This document shows positions 19,544 to 30,755 of a DNA stretch of 64,000 nucleotides, one piece after another. The notes under the pieces were generated by a model. The model was given only the letters and a program-made list of their open reading frames with translations, was not told where the DNA came from and did not search any database. A program made the position numbers and the translations under genes. Source of the DNA: Dehalococcoidia bacterium (GTDB lineage: Bacteria; Chloroflexota; Dehalococcoidia; Lucifugimonadales; G963668185); assembly GCA_965237445.1 (NCBI GenBank), contig OZ250142.1:386824-450823 (forward strand), read 5' to 3'. How positions within the stretch are numbered: the stretch's first letter is position 1; the number at the start of each line of letters is the position of its first letter.

Positions 19544-20944
19544 TTGACCGCCGGCGGACGCGCGTCTCGGCCCAACATCCTCATAATCGGTGTCGACTCT
19601 CTCAGGGCCGACCACCTGAGTTGCTACGGGTACTCGCGGCTAACATCGTCGCACATGGACAGGCTGGCAAGGCAGGGGACGCTGTTCGAGAACTTGTTCA
19701 GCCCCCACGTTCCCACGACCAGCGGCTACACCTCCATGCTGAGCGGGATGGACGTCTTTACCTCCCAGGTTGTGGCGCTGCGCCACAAGGGCCCGGTCAG
19801 GGCCGAGGTGACGATGCTGCCCGAGATTCTGCGGGCCAAAGGATACGAGACGACCTGCGTGGGCCTGACGGGGAACCCAAGCTCCAGGGGATTCGATAAC
19901 TACCTCGACTACGAGGCGTGGGGCGACTGGGAGCAGCGGCCGCTCGTGAAGGCAGAGGAACTCAACCGGGTAGCCATTCCAGAGCTGGACCGCCTACTGG
20001 GCCAGAAGCAGCCCTTCTTCATGCTGCTGCGACACATGGACCCGCACACGCCGTACCTGCCTCCGGCGCCGTTCGAGCGCATGTTTTACCACGGCGACGA
20101 GTGCGATCCGGCCAACGACTCGATGGAGCCGGTCTTCGCATTCAAGCCCTTCAGCGACTACTTCGCCGGGTGGATGCCGCCCGGCATCACGGACAAGGAC
20201 TGGGTGACCGCCCAGTACGACGGTGCAATCGCCTACATGGACTCGTGCATCCAGACGATCCTGACGTACCTGGAGACGCGGGGCGTGCTGGACGAAACGA
20301 TCATCGTGCTGAACTCCGACCACGGGGAGACGCTCTATGAGCACGAGTGCTGGTTCGACCACCACGGGCTGTACGACTCCAATCTACACGTGCCACTCAT
20401 GATTCGCTATCCGAAGAAGATGCCCACGGGACTGCGACTGACCGGCTACAACCAGCACAAGGACCTGGTCCCGACGCTGCTGGAGCTTGCGGATATCGAG
20501 AGCGACATCGCGTTCGACGGCACGAGCCTGATGGACATGGTGCGCGGCGAGACGGCGTCACACGATGCCGAGATCTACGTGACCGAGTGCACGTGGATGC
20601 GCAAGCATGGCTGGAGGACACCGCATTGGAAGCTCATCCGGGCGGTTGAGCCGGATTTTCACTTCAAGCCGCTGGTGGAACTCTACGATCTCGTGAGGGA
20701 CCCGCAGGAAGTGCGAGACGTAGCCGGCGAAAATCCCGACGTCGTGGACATGCTCACACACCGAATGGAGCAGTGGATCGAGAGGCGGGAGCGTGAGACC
20801 GGCCTCGCCAATCCAATTTACAACCAGGGGGACTGGCACGGCCACGAGGGCGTCGGGGCGTTTACGTCGTCACAGCAGGCGTACGACACGCTGCACATCG
20901 CCGCCTCTCATGAGGCGAGGCGCCTGCAGGCCAGGTCGCGCTGA
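19544..20944 (+). CDS. Sulfatase-like (alkaline-phosphatase superfamily) hydrolase/transferase
   Basis: PNILIIGVDSLRADHL N-terminal metal-ligand motif and NSDHGE later. The nucleophile position reads TTSGYTSMLSG instead of C/S-x-P-x-R. Confidence 0.8.
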   Translation: MTAGGRASRPNILIIGVDSLRADHLSCYGYSRLTSSHMDRLARQGTLFENLFSPHVPTTSGYTSMLSGMDVFTSQVVALRHKGPVRAEVTMLPEILRAKGYETTCVGLTGNPSSRGFDNYLDYEAWGDWEQRPLVKAEELNRVAIPELDRLLGQKQPFFMLLRHMDPHTPYLPPAPFERMFYHGDECDPANDSMEPVFAFKPFSDYFAGWMPPGITDKDWVTAQYDGAIAYMDSCIQTILTYLETRGVLDETIIVLNSDHGETLYEHECWFDHHGLYDSNLHVPLMIRYPKKMPTGLRLTGYNQHKDLVPTLLELADIESDIAFDGTSLMDMVRGETASHDAEIYVTECTWMRKHGWRTPHWKLIRAVEPDFHFKPLVELYDLVRDPQEVRDVAGENPDVVDMLTHRMEQWIERRERETGLANPIYNQGDWHGHEGVGAFTSSQQAYDTLHIAASHEARRLQARSR

Positions 20945-20980
20945 CAGTGCGGCAGCGGCAGTTCACAGGGGACTGAGAAC

Positions 20981-21976
20981 GTGACTCTGAGAGTAGCGAT
21001 CGTGGGAACAGGCGCGATCGGCAGCAGGCACGCGCAGATATACAGCGAGGACCCGCGCTGCGAGGTGGCGGCTGTCTGCGACGTCATGCCGGAGAAGGCG
21101 GAGGAGGCAGCGCGTCGATTCTCATGCCGGGCGTTCACGTCGGTGGAGGAGATGGCGCAGAGCGGCGGGATCGACATCGCGAGCGTCTGCACCGCCGGCG
21201 TGGAGAACGGCGGGGACCACTACGAGCCCACGATGGCGCTGCTCAACGCCGGCATACCTGTGCTTGGGGAGAAGCCGATCTCCAACAAGATACCCGAGGC
21301 TCGAGAGATGGTGGCGCTGGCCAGGGAGAAGGGTCTGCGGTACGGGATCAACCTCAACCACCGGTTCACCCCGGCCGCGCTACGGGCGAGGGAGTGGGTT
21401 GACGAGGGCAGGCTGGGAGACCTGAACATCGTCAACATGACTATGTGGATCAACAACCCAAACGAGACCTCTCCGCACTTCCACATGAGGGCCCTGCACT
21501 CGCACTCCATCGACGTAATGCGGTACTTCTGCGGGGACGTTGCGAAGGTGCAGGCGTTCTTCAAGCGCGGCAAGGGACGGCAGGGATGGTCGAATGTGCA
21601 GGCCAACATGCTGTTCGAGAGCGGCGTGGTGGGCCATCTGACGGGCAGCTACGACGCGGGAGGCAGCTACGGGCTAGAGACGCTGGAAGTCGTCGGATCC
21701 GAGGGAAGGGTTTTGGTGCGCGATGCCTGCGAGAGCCTGGAGTTCTATCCACGGCGCTCCCGGCAGGTAGAGACGTACGCCTACCTCGGAGGCATGATGG
21801 GCTTCATCGAGACGTTCAATAGCCGGATTACACGCTGGATCGACCAGAACGTTGAGGGCGCCACGCCCGAGGAGATCGATGGGTCCGGAGAGGACGCACT
21901 CAAGGCGCAGCTTGTGATCGAGGCGGCTATCGAGTCGTGGGAGACCGGGCGAGTGATAGACGTGGAGCAGCCATGA
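20981..21976 (+). CDS. Gfo/Idh/MocA-family oxidoreductase
   Basis: VAIVGTGAIGSRHAQIY Rossmann motif and GEKP motif. 331 aa. Confidence 0.85.
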   Translation: MTLRVAIVGTGAIGSRHAQIYSEDPRCEVAAVCDVMPEKAEEAARRFSCRAFTSVEEMAQSGGIDIASVCTAGVENGGDHYEPTMALLNAGIPVLGEKPISNKIPEAREMVALAREKGLRYGINLNHRFTPAALRAREWVDEGRLGDLNIVNMTMWINNPNETSPHFHMRALHSHSIDVMRYFCGDVAKVQAFFKRGKGRQGWSNVQANMLFESGVVGHLTGSYDAGGSYGLETLEVVGSEGRVLVRDACESLEFYPRRSRQVETYAYLGGMMGFIETFNSRITRWIDQNVEGATPEEIDGSGEDALKAQLVIEAAIESWETGRVIDVEQP

Positions 21977-22770
21977 AGCTGGGAGCGAACACGGTCCTTT
22001 TCGGAGGACATAGCATGAGGACGGCCTTCGAAGGCATCGCGATGGCGGGGTACGACGGCGTCGAGCTATCGGCGATCGACGGCATGAGCGAGCACCTGGT
22101 GCTGGAGCGCTGGCGGGAGCTTGTACCGGAGGTCCGGGACCTGTCTGCGGAGTACGGGCTTGAGCTTCTGGCGATCGAACAGCCCGCGCACGACCCGGAG
22201 AAGATGGACCGGGCTTGCGCGGCGGCGGCGGCCCTCGGCATTCCGGTGGTCAACTGCGGCCCAGGCGGCGAGACTGGAGACGAAGACAGCCTTAGGACGT
22301 CAATAGAGTCGCTTGCCGGGCTGGCGGAGATCGCGGAGGCGCACGGGGTGGTCCTGTGCGCCAAGGCCCACTACGGCGCGAGCATCCACGATACGGCCAC
22401 GACGCTACGGACGATGGAGGCGATTTCCTCGCCCGCTTTCGGCATCGACATGGACCCATCGCACATCTACAGGGCCGGTGAGGAACCGGCGGAGGCAATC
22501 GTGCACGTAATGGGCCGCGTAAGGCACGTGCACATCCGCGACTGCAAAGGCAGGCAGGCCTCGCCGGGCAGGCCCGAGGACCAGGCCAACGGCAGGGGCG
22601 ACATCGACCTACTGGGCTTCGTTCGCGTGCTGCACGAGCACGGGTACGACGGGCCGCTGAACCTGGAGGTCATCGGCGCCGGGGAGTACACGGTCCAGCA
22701 GTGCACGGCGATCGCCGCCGAGGCGCGGGGCCACATGCAAGCGTGCCTTCAGGCTTGCGGCGCGCGCTGA
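21973..22770 (+). CDS. Sugar phosphate isomerase/epimerase (xylose-isomerase-like TIM barrel)
   Basis: MKLGANTVLFGG start with an ATGA overlap on the upstream stop. The HVHIRD motif is typical of the AP-endonuclease-2/TIM family. Confidence 0.8.
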   Translation: MKLGANTVLFGGHSMRTAFEGIAMAGYDGVELSAIDGMSEHLVLERWRELVPEVRDLSAEYGLELLAIEQPAHDPEKMDRACAAAAALGIPVVNCGPGGETGDEDSLRTSIESLAGLAEIAEAHGVVLCAKAHYGASIHDTATTLRTMEAISSPAFGIDMDPSHIYRAGEEPAEAIVHVMGRVRHVHIRDCKGRQASPGRPEDQANGRGDIDLLGFVRVLHEHGYDGPLNLEVIGAGEYTVQQCTAIAAEARGHMQACLQACGAR

Positions 22771-22886
22771 GGCGTTTCGCCACTTGGCGCCCTTCCCGCT
22801 TAGTCCAAGATGGCTCACCTGCAAGGTGATGCAATCGGAGGCAGACTCCACGGACCGTCGATGCCTTCCTCTGAGAAACACCTGAA

Positions 22887-23578
22887 TTGAGGGTTGATGT
22901 GCCGCGAAGATTCAAGGCAATTGTTTTCGACTTCGATGGGCTCATCGTCGACACTGAAGTTCTGGTTTACAGGTCATGGCGAGACACGTTCCGCTCATAC
23001 GGTGTTGACCTGCCGCTGCCGGTATGGACACCGCATATTGGAAGGTCTCATGATTCCTTTGACATCTACGCTTATCTCCTAGAGCATGCCGGCGGGGAGC
23101 GTGCCAGCGGGCCGATTAACCGCGACGAGGTAAGAAGGGAGGCATGGCAACCTTCGACGTTTTGTTCGAAGGCGCCGCACCGTTGCCTGGTGTTGAAGAC
23201 TACATAAATTGTGCCCGCGAGTTGGGACTTCGAACTGGCATTGCTTCGAGCTCGACGCGCTCATGGGTGAGTCCAAAGCTGGACAGTGTTGGGCTCGGGC
23301 AAGCATTCGATACGGTCGTGTGCTCAGACGATGTAGGGAAGGCGAAGCCCGATCCTGCGTCCTATCTCAAGGCGATTTCCGACCTCGGCGTCACCGCGGA
23401 GGAGGCGTTCGCCCTGGAGGACTCGCCGAACGGAGTCCAAGGGGCGAAGAACGCGGGTCTGCTCTGCGTGGCAGTGCCGGGAGCCCTGACAATAGACCGC
23501 TCGTTCGATCACGCCGACATGCGAATTGAATCGCTTGAAGAGTTGCCGCTCCCGGAGTTGATGAAGGCGCTCACTTGA
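22887..23578 (+). pseudogene. HAD-IA hydrolase (beta-phosphoglucomutase-like), frameshifted near 23135-23150
   Basis: Motif I FDFDGLIVDTE is in frame 22887-23207. Motifs II-IV (GIASSS, KAKPDP, EDSPNGVQGAKNAG) are in frame 23144-23578. Confidence 0.75.
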
Positions 23579-23872
23579 CGTGCGAGAGCGTCCGTGCGCT
23601 TTACGGAGTGTGGCTTGAATGGACGGAGAGGGCCTAGATTCACGAATGCGGTCCAACCTTGGGCTAGCATGCTGCCATTGGAAAGCACTGCTACCATGTT
23701 TCAACTAGGAAGCCGATGTGATTGACCGCTCTCGAGTCCAGCGAGGCTGGCCAATTGGGTTTCCCCGCACGCTGCTCCGACAGCCCGAACAGGATATCGT
23801 TAGGCCGAATATTTGTTCGCAACCATGTGTTCGGCCTACTTCAGGTGCAAGACGCCGGCGCTCAATGGAGGA

Positions 23873-24439
23873 ATGACCATGCGATACATCCACCGGAATG
23901 AATGGTTGGTCTACGGCCTGCTTTCCGTCGCGGCCGTGGCGGTTTCCCTGCCGTTGTTCCCGTACAGGTGGCACACGTTCCTGCACATCACGGGCGCGGT
24001 GGTGTTTCTGGGGAACATCATCGTCACCGGCGCATGGATGCTGATGGCGGAGCGAACTAGAATTGGAAGAGTCATTCATTTCTCGGCCAAAGCCGTAATC
24101 CGAGCCGACCTCCTGTTCACGCTGCCTGGCGTGCTCCTGATTGTGATGAACGGGGTTGCGATGGTGGTCGCGCATTGGGGCGGTTGGGACGCTTTCCACC
24201 GGTTTTCCTGGATTACCGTCGCGCTGGCGCTGTTCATCGCATCCGGCGTCATTTGGGTGGGGATACTCATACCCGTCCAACATCGGATGGCTGTGTTCTC
24301 CGACCCAACGGACTACCCGGACTCGCTGCCGAGCGGATTCTTCTCAGCGGTCCGCATGTGGTACATCTGGGGTGCGATCGCAATCGCGCTTCCGATCGCT
24401 TCGCTCTACCTCATGGTCAACAAGCCGTCATTCGGGTAG
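23873..24439 (+). CDS. Integral membrane protein (about 4 TM, DUF2269-like)
   Basis: SD ggagg lies 3 nt before ATG 23873. Hydrophobic segments run throughout. The family call is tentative. Confidence 0.55.
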   Translation: MTMRYIHRNEWLVYGLLSVAAVAVSLPLFPYRWHTFLHITGAVVFLGNIIVTGAWMLMAERTRIGRVIHFSAKAVIRADLLFTLPGVLLIVMNGVAMVVAHWGGWDAFHRFSWITVALALFIASGVIWVGILIPVQHRMAVFSDPTDYPDSLPSGFFSAVRMWYIWGAIAIALPIASLYLMVNKPSFG

Positions 24440-24955
24440 GGATTGCGAGGCGTTGAACTAGCTCCCCCAGCGATATGCGGGACTCAACATAGGAAGTGCC
24501 AGCAGTGAAGTACCGGCGTTCTTACGACGGTCTGGTTACTCTGGGCTGGTTGTGCGCTGTTGCATTTGTGGGCGCGAGTACGGAGGCTTCGCTCTCGGAT
24601 AACGATTTGGCGGTACGCTTTCGTATGGCGTTATGGCGGCTGCAGTCTTGCTTCTGGCGGTAGTTCTCAGTACTTGGGGAGGCGGATGAGACGGCGGGCC
24701 GAGGACAAGGTCAGGGCGTCCAAACCAGTTCTCTTGTCCGACGTGCAGGTGCTGGCGAAGTCGAGCTCGCAGTTGCTGGAAGACGCCCTTGACCTACATT
24801 GCTCGCAGATGGATCGGAGCCGCAGCGACGATGGCTCGGTGAGTTTGCAGAGTAGTCGAGAGCTTATCTGCAAACCCCGAATGCCTGTTCGGGCGCTCCG
24901 AGACTCGAGAAGCCAAGTCACCCCAGGACGATCGGGCTGCTGATTCGGCCGCCGG

Positions 24956-25948
24956 CTATTCGTACCAGCCGGACGCGAAGATTAGCCCATCATGGCGAAC
25001 GGCCCACGTGTGCTTCTGCCGGTCATCGCCGGTCTCGGGATTCAGCAGCACGTAGTCGACCCAGCGCCCCGACTCGGTGGCGCCCAGGAGGTCGTCGCCG
25101 TAGAAGTATCCTGTGGCGTCGACACGCAGTGCGGGATCTCGGCCTCTGAACATCTCGTTGTGGTGGGCTATGCTGTAGCCATTCTCGTCGACGATGAAGA
25201 CGTACCACTGGCCGTCCACGCTCTCCATCGTGTTGTAGTAGGCGACGGTGGCTTCGCGGCCGATCGCGTTGTACAGACCTATCGCCCGCCCCACGAATGT
25301 CCTGGTGTAAGCGGGGGCGTCGTGCTTGCCGGGCGCTCGCTCATACCAGCCTGATCCGAAAGTCAGGCCGTCATACTCGACCAGCCAGGAATGCTTGTAC
25401 TCGAAGGCGCCCGTGGCCGGGTTAGGGAAAGTGTAGCTGAACCACTCGCCGTCCTCGTCTGCAACCGCGACCACTGCCTCTCCGGCGGGATAGTTGTTGG
25501 GCCCGACGGCCGCTGAGGCAGGCCGCCCAACGAGGTCCGGGTTGGCGGCGTGGGCCAGCACAATGTCGTCCTGGTCCAGGATGAACATGTACCACTGCCC
25601 GTCGATGCTCTCTTGAGTGTTGTAATAGTCGACGGTGGCATCGAGGCCTTCCGACTTATACCTGCTGATTGCCGCCTTGACGAAGTACTGGGTGTACTCG
25701 GCGGGCTCCCATTTGGGGGGAGCAGGGGCCGCCGGCTTGGCCGCGGATCCGGGAGGTCCGGCAGGTCCTGGAGCGCCCGGCGAGCCCGGGGATCCGGCAG
25801 CGCCCGGCAAGCCCTGGGGTCCGGGAGGTCCCTGTTCGCCAGCAGGGCCAGCATCCCCCTGGCATGCAACTACAGTCAGGACGAAAGCGACGATCAAGAT
25901 TGCGGCTATCAGTGCCCGCACTGTTACACCTCCGGCGTGCGTCTCCAT
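24956..25948 (-). CDS. Lipoprotein with a collagen-like Gly-X-Y stalk and two tandem sCache_2-like domains
   Basis: Signal peptide plus lipobox (LTVVAC). 12 consecutive G-X-Y triplets (aa 31-66, nt 25748-25858). Two internally homologous ~120-aa modules each end in (F/L)(G/A)SGWYE. Confidence 0.75.
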   Translation of the reverse strand: METHAGGVTVRALIAAILIVAFVLTVVACQGDAGPAGEQGPPGPQGLPGAAGSPGSPGAPGPAGPPGSAAKPAAPAPPKWEPAEYTQYFVKAAISRYKSEGLDATVDYYNTQESIDGQWYMFILDQDDIVLAHAANPDLVGRPASAAVGPNNYPAGEAVVAVADEDGEWFSYTFPNPATGAFEYKHSWLVEYDGLTFGSGWYERAPGKHDAPAYTRTFVGRAIGLYNAIGREATVAYYNTMESVDGQWYVFIVDENGYSIAHHNEMFRGRDPALRVDATGYFYGDDLLGATESGRWVDYVLLNPETGDDRQKHTWAVRHDGLIFASGWYE

Positions 25949-26403
25949 TGAGAACAGACAAGACTGCTAAGTGGGTTGGCGTTTAATTCCATATCAGCGG
26001 GTGAAGATTATCACAAAGGTGCCGCACCCCTTCAATATGTGGAGGCGGAGTAGGACCTGCCTCGATAAGGCGCCTTTCCATCCTGTTGGGGCTTCTTAAT
26101 AATGAATGAAAGACACATGAAGAGACCTGTCATCCAGGGAAGACCCTTCGATTGGGGCGGTCTGTCTTCTCCTGAAGGAAGCCGCTTTGTAAATCGGGCC
26201 ACTCGTTGCCGAAGGAGGACTCGACCAGCCTTAGCAGGCTGCGGAAGAAACTTTCCCGACCATGCTTCAGACCCACTTCTTGACAGGAAGGGGAGGAGAT
26301 TTGTATCTGAGGGACACCCTCAGACTCCCGGCAAAGGGGCTCTGCCCCTCTGCACACCCCGTTTTTCAGCAGCCTGTTAGTAATCTTGGTCTTGTATCCG
26401 GAC

Positions 26404-26797
26404 TCATGCGGCGATCTGTGCCAACTTTCGGACTGTAAGTGCCCTAGCCGAGACTAGCAGATCGCCGTCGACCGTTATCTACGCCTCGGCACACCCTGCC
26501 GGCGCCAATTCAAGAAAGGTAAGGTCGAACGGGTCGCGGCAATCCGGCACGTCAGGAGGGTCCGAACAGGTGAATGTCTCGCACCAGGGTAAGTGCTCGA
26601 CCAGAAAGTCCTCGCGGTCGTCGGCTGTCAGGCGGGAGCTTGGGATAACAGAGGGCTAAAACAACTTACAAGAACTTGCCGCGGCTGTGTAGCGGCACGG
26701 TGTTTGACGACTGCCATGCATCACGGAGCCAGGAGACCGGCCCCGCCGAGAACAGGAGGGCTGTGACAAGTACGTGGTGATCGAGAACTACTCGCGG
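26404..26797 (-). pseudogene. Degraded PIN-domain (TIGR00305-like) toxin gene remnant
   Basis: Minus-strand pieces VVLDHHVLVTALLFSAGP..., ...CRDPFDLTFLELAPAGCAEA*ITVDGDLL... lie in different frames. An in-frame TAG sits where family members usually have Tyr. No start codon was found. Confidence 0.4.
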
Positions 26798-26807
26798 CGA
26801 CGATTGC

Positions 26808-28664
<1,857 letters not shown>

Positions 28665-28666
28665 TG

Positions 28667-30064
28667 CTATGGGGCGCTCTGCGGGCGTTGCTCCGCCCTT
28701 TGGGCAGCATTCCACGGCTGGCGAGTGAAGCGGCCTCTGACGCTCCCGCTAATCTCACGCCACTTCTGTTCTTCATCCGGCGTGATGAACGTCACGGCCT
28801 CACCGTCGCGGCCCATGCGGCCTGTCCGTCCGACCCTGTGCGTGAAGAGCAGGTCAGAGTCCGGGAGGTCAAAGTTGATGACCTGACCAACAGATTCAAC
28901 ATCCAGCCCACGGGCAGCTACGTTGGTTGCCACAAGGATAGGCGTGGCGCCGGAACGGAAGGACGCCATCACGCGCTCGCGCGCATTTTGGCTAAGATTT
29001 CCTTGCAATGCCCCTGCCGGATATCCCATATCTCCCAGGTGTGCTGCCAGCTTCTTCACGCCGTGCTTGGTCCTGCCAAAGACGAGGACGGCCGAGTCTT
29101 CCCGCCGGTCCAGCAGGGTCCGGAGCGCACCGATCTTGTCACGCTTCTTCATGGAATAGACCCGATGCTTCACGGTGGGCAGCGCCTGCAAGTCCGCGTC
29201 TACTTCCACAGTTGCCGGGCTCCGCATGTGCTTTGCGGCTGTCTTGGCGACCCAATCGGGCATCGTCGCTGACATAAGGACTGTCTGCCGGCTGGAAGGA
29301 GTCTGGCTGAGGATAGCCTCAACGTCGCGGGCAAATCCCCTGTCCAGCATTTCGTCTGCCTCATCCAACACCAGGTAACGGACTGACTGCAGGTCTAGTG
29401 TGCCCTGCCTGATGTGGTCCAGCGTGCGGCCAGGTGTGCCAATGATGATCTGGGGACCTTTCTTCAGTGCCGTGTGTTCCGGCCGCAATGACCGTCCACC
29501 GTACAGCAATTTGCAGCTCAACCGCTGCGGTGACGCGATGGCATTCGTTACCTCTGCCACCTGTATGGCCAGCTCGCGAGTGGGGACCAGCACCAATGCC
29601 TGGACGCGCCGGACCGACGCGTCGCACCGCGCTGCCAGGGGGATGGCGAACGCCAGAGTCTTGCCAGATCCCGTACGGGCCTGCCCTATTACGTCCATGC
29701 CCTCTAAGAGAAGGGGTATGGACTTCTCCTGGATTGGCGTGGGCTCCGATATGTCCATACGGGAAAGAGCCGCTCTTGTGGTGGGGTTCAAGGACATCTC
29801 AGAGAACACTGGAGCGGCGGCGGGGGCGTCATCAGCGGCGGATTGAGGTGGTCGATTTGTGGTGAATGGCTCTTCAGCGGGCGCGCTAGCCGAGGAGGAA
29901 GAGCCGTTGCGCTGGATCTTGAAACACGGGGAGCAGTACACGGGACGGTCCTGGGTTGGCCGGAAGGGAACTGTTGTGGACGCGCCGCACGCAAAGCAGA
30001 CGGCTTGGTGCTGGGGTCTCGAGGTGAACGACCTCGGGCGCACAGAAAGGGACTCAATAGACAT
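28667..30064 (-). CDS. DEAD-box ATP-dependent RNA helicase with an N-terminal CxxC...CxxC zinc-ribbon extension
   Basis: Motifs AQTGSGKT-like (ARTGSGKT), PTRELA, DEAD (VLDEADEMLD), SAT and HRVGRTGR. The N-terminus reads CFACG...x17...CSPCF. Confidence 0.9.
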   Translation of the reverse strand: MSIESLSVRPRSFTSRPQHQAVCFACGASTTVPFRPTQDRPVYCSPCFKIQRNGSSSSASAPAEEPFTTNRPPQSAADDAPAAAPVFSEMSLNPTTRAALSRMDISEPTPIQEKSIPLLLEGMDVIGQARTGSGKTLAFAIPLAARCDASVRRVQALVLVPTRELAIQVAEVTNAIASPQRLSCKLLYGGRSLRPEHTALKKGPQIIIGTPGRTLDHIRQGTLDLQSVRYLVLDEADEMLDRGFARDVEAILSQTPSSRQTVLMSATMPDWVAKTAAKHMRSPATVEVDADLQALPTVKHRVYSMKKRDKIGALRTLLDRREDSAVLVFGRTKHGVKKLAAHLGDMGYPAGALQGNLSQNARERVMASFRSGATPILVATNVAARGLDVESVGQVINFDLPDSDLLFTHRVGRTGRMGRDGEAVTFITPDEEQKWREISGSVRGRFTRQPWNAAQRAEQRPQSAP

Positions 30065-30387
30065 ATGGAAACGGACTCCTTACACACAGGGATACAACGG
30101 TGATTAGCGCAGGGCAGAAAGACGGAGGACGGGGGATAAGGAAGACCGTTCCCGCAAGCGAAGCCTTGATGCGATGATCAAGCGTGTTTCACTAATCATA
30201 TCAGACGGCGGGCGACAAAGACCCTCTTTCCCTTCTTAAAGACGATCCAGTGCCAATGTCGGACGGCGATGACGTTCGTTGCAGGCTTCGTGCCAATGTC
30301 TTTGGGGGGCGGGGGTATGCGTCCGATCGTCGCCCAAGGCGAGTGTCTGCAAGACGATCGGCTATGTTTGACCGTCCGGGTACTTCC

Positions 30388-30723
30388 CTACCCCGCAGAG
30401 CTGCCGGAAGCCTCGAAGAACACTAGCAGGGTCAGGTCCTCGGCGATCGAGTGGAAGTGGTGCTGGGCGTCGGCAGCGACGTACGCCACACTGCCCTCTT
30501 GCAGGGGCATATCGTCCCCTTCAACCTGTATGACGCCGCGACCCTTGACCACGTAATAGACCTCGTCATCGTCGTGGGGCTGCTGTGGGTCCTTGGTGCC
30601 GGCGGGCAGCACGTATAGGCCGCAGTAAAGCCTCGGCACGCGGAGAAACTCGTACCAGAATCCCTCTTTCTCGCTCTGCCGGGCCATGAGGTCGGCGATC
30701 TCGAAGACTTGTCCTGCGGGCAT
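30388..30723 (-). CDS. Cupin domain protein
   Basis: 111 aa. The G..H.H.-type pattern (PHDDDEVYYVVKGRG) and a second His motif (HHFHS) are consistent with a cupin fold. Confidence 0.65.
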   Translation of the reverse strand: MPAGQVFEIADLMARQSEKEGFWYEFLRVPRLYCGLYVLPAGTKDPQQPHDDDEVYYVVKGRGVIQVEGDDMPLQEGSVAYVAADAQHHFHSIAEDLTLLVFFEASGSSAG

Positions 30724-30755
30724 ATGAGTACACCTGCCGGACTTTGTTCTCGCGT

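Noticed and set aside
24560-24943. 127-aa ORF (and antisense 24667-24921) in the lower-GC spacer before the Cache lipoprotein gene
   Set aside because: No SD and no recognisable motif, and the composition is atypical. The evidence is insufficient to call a gene, so the region is left unannotated.
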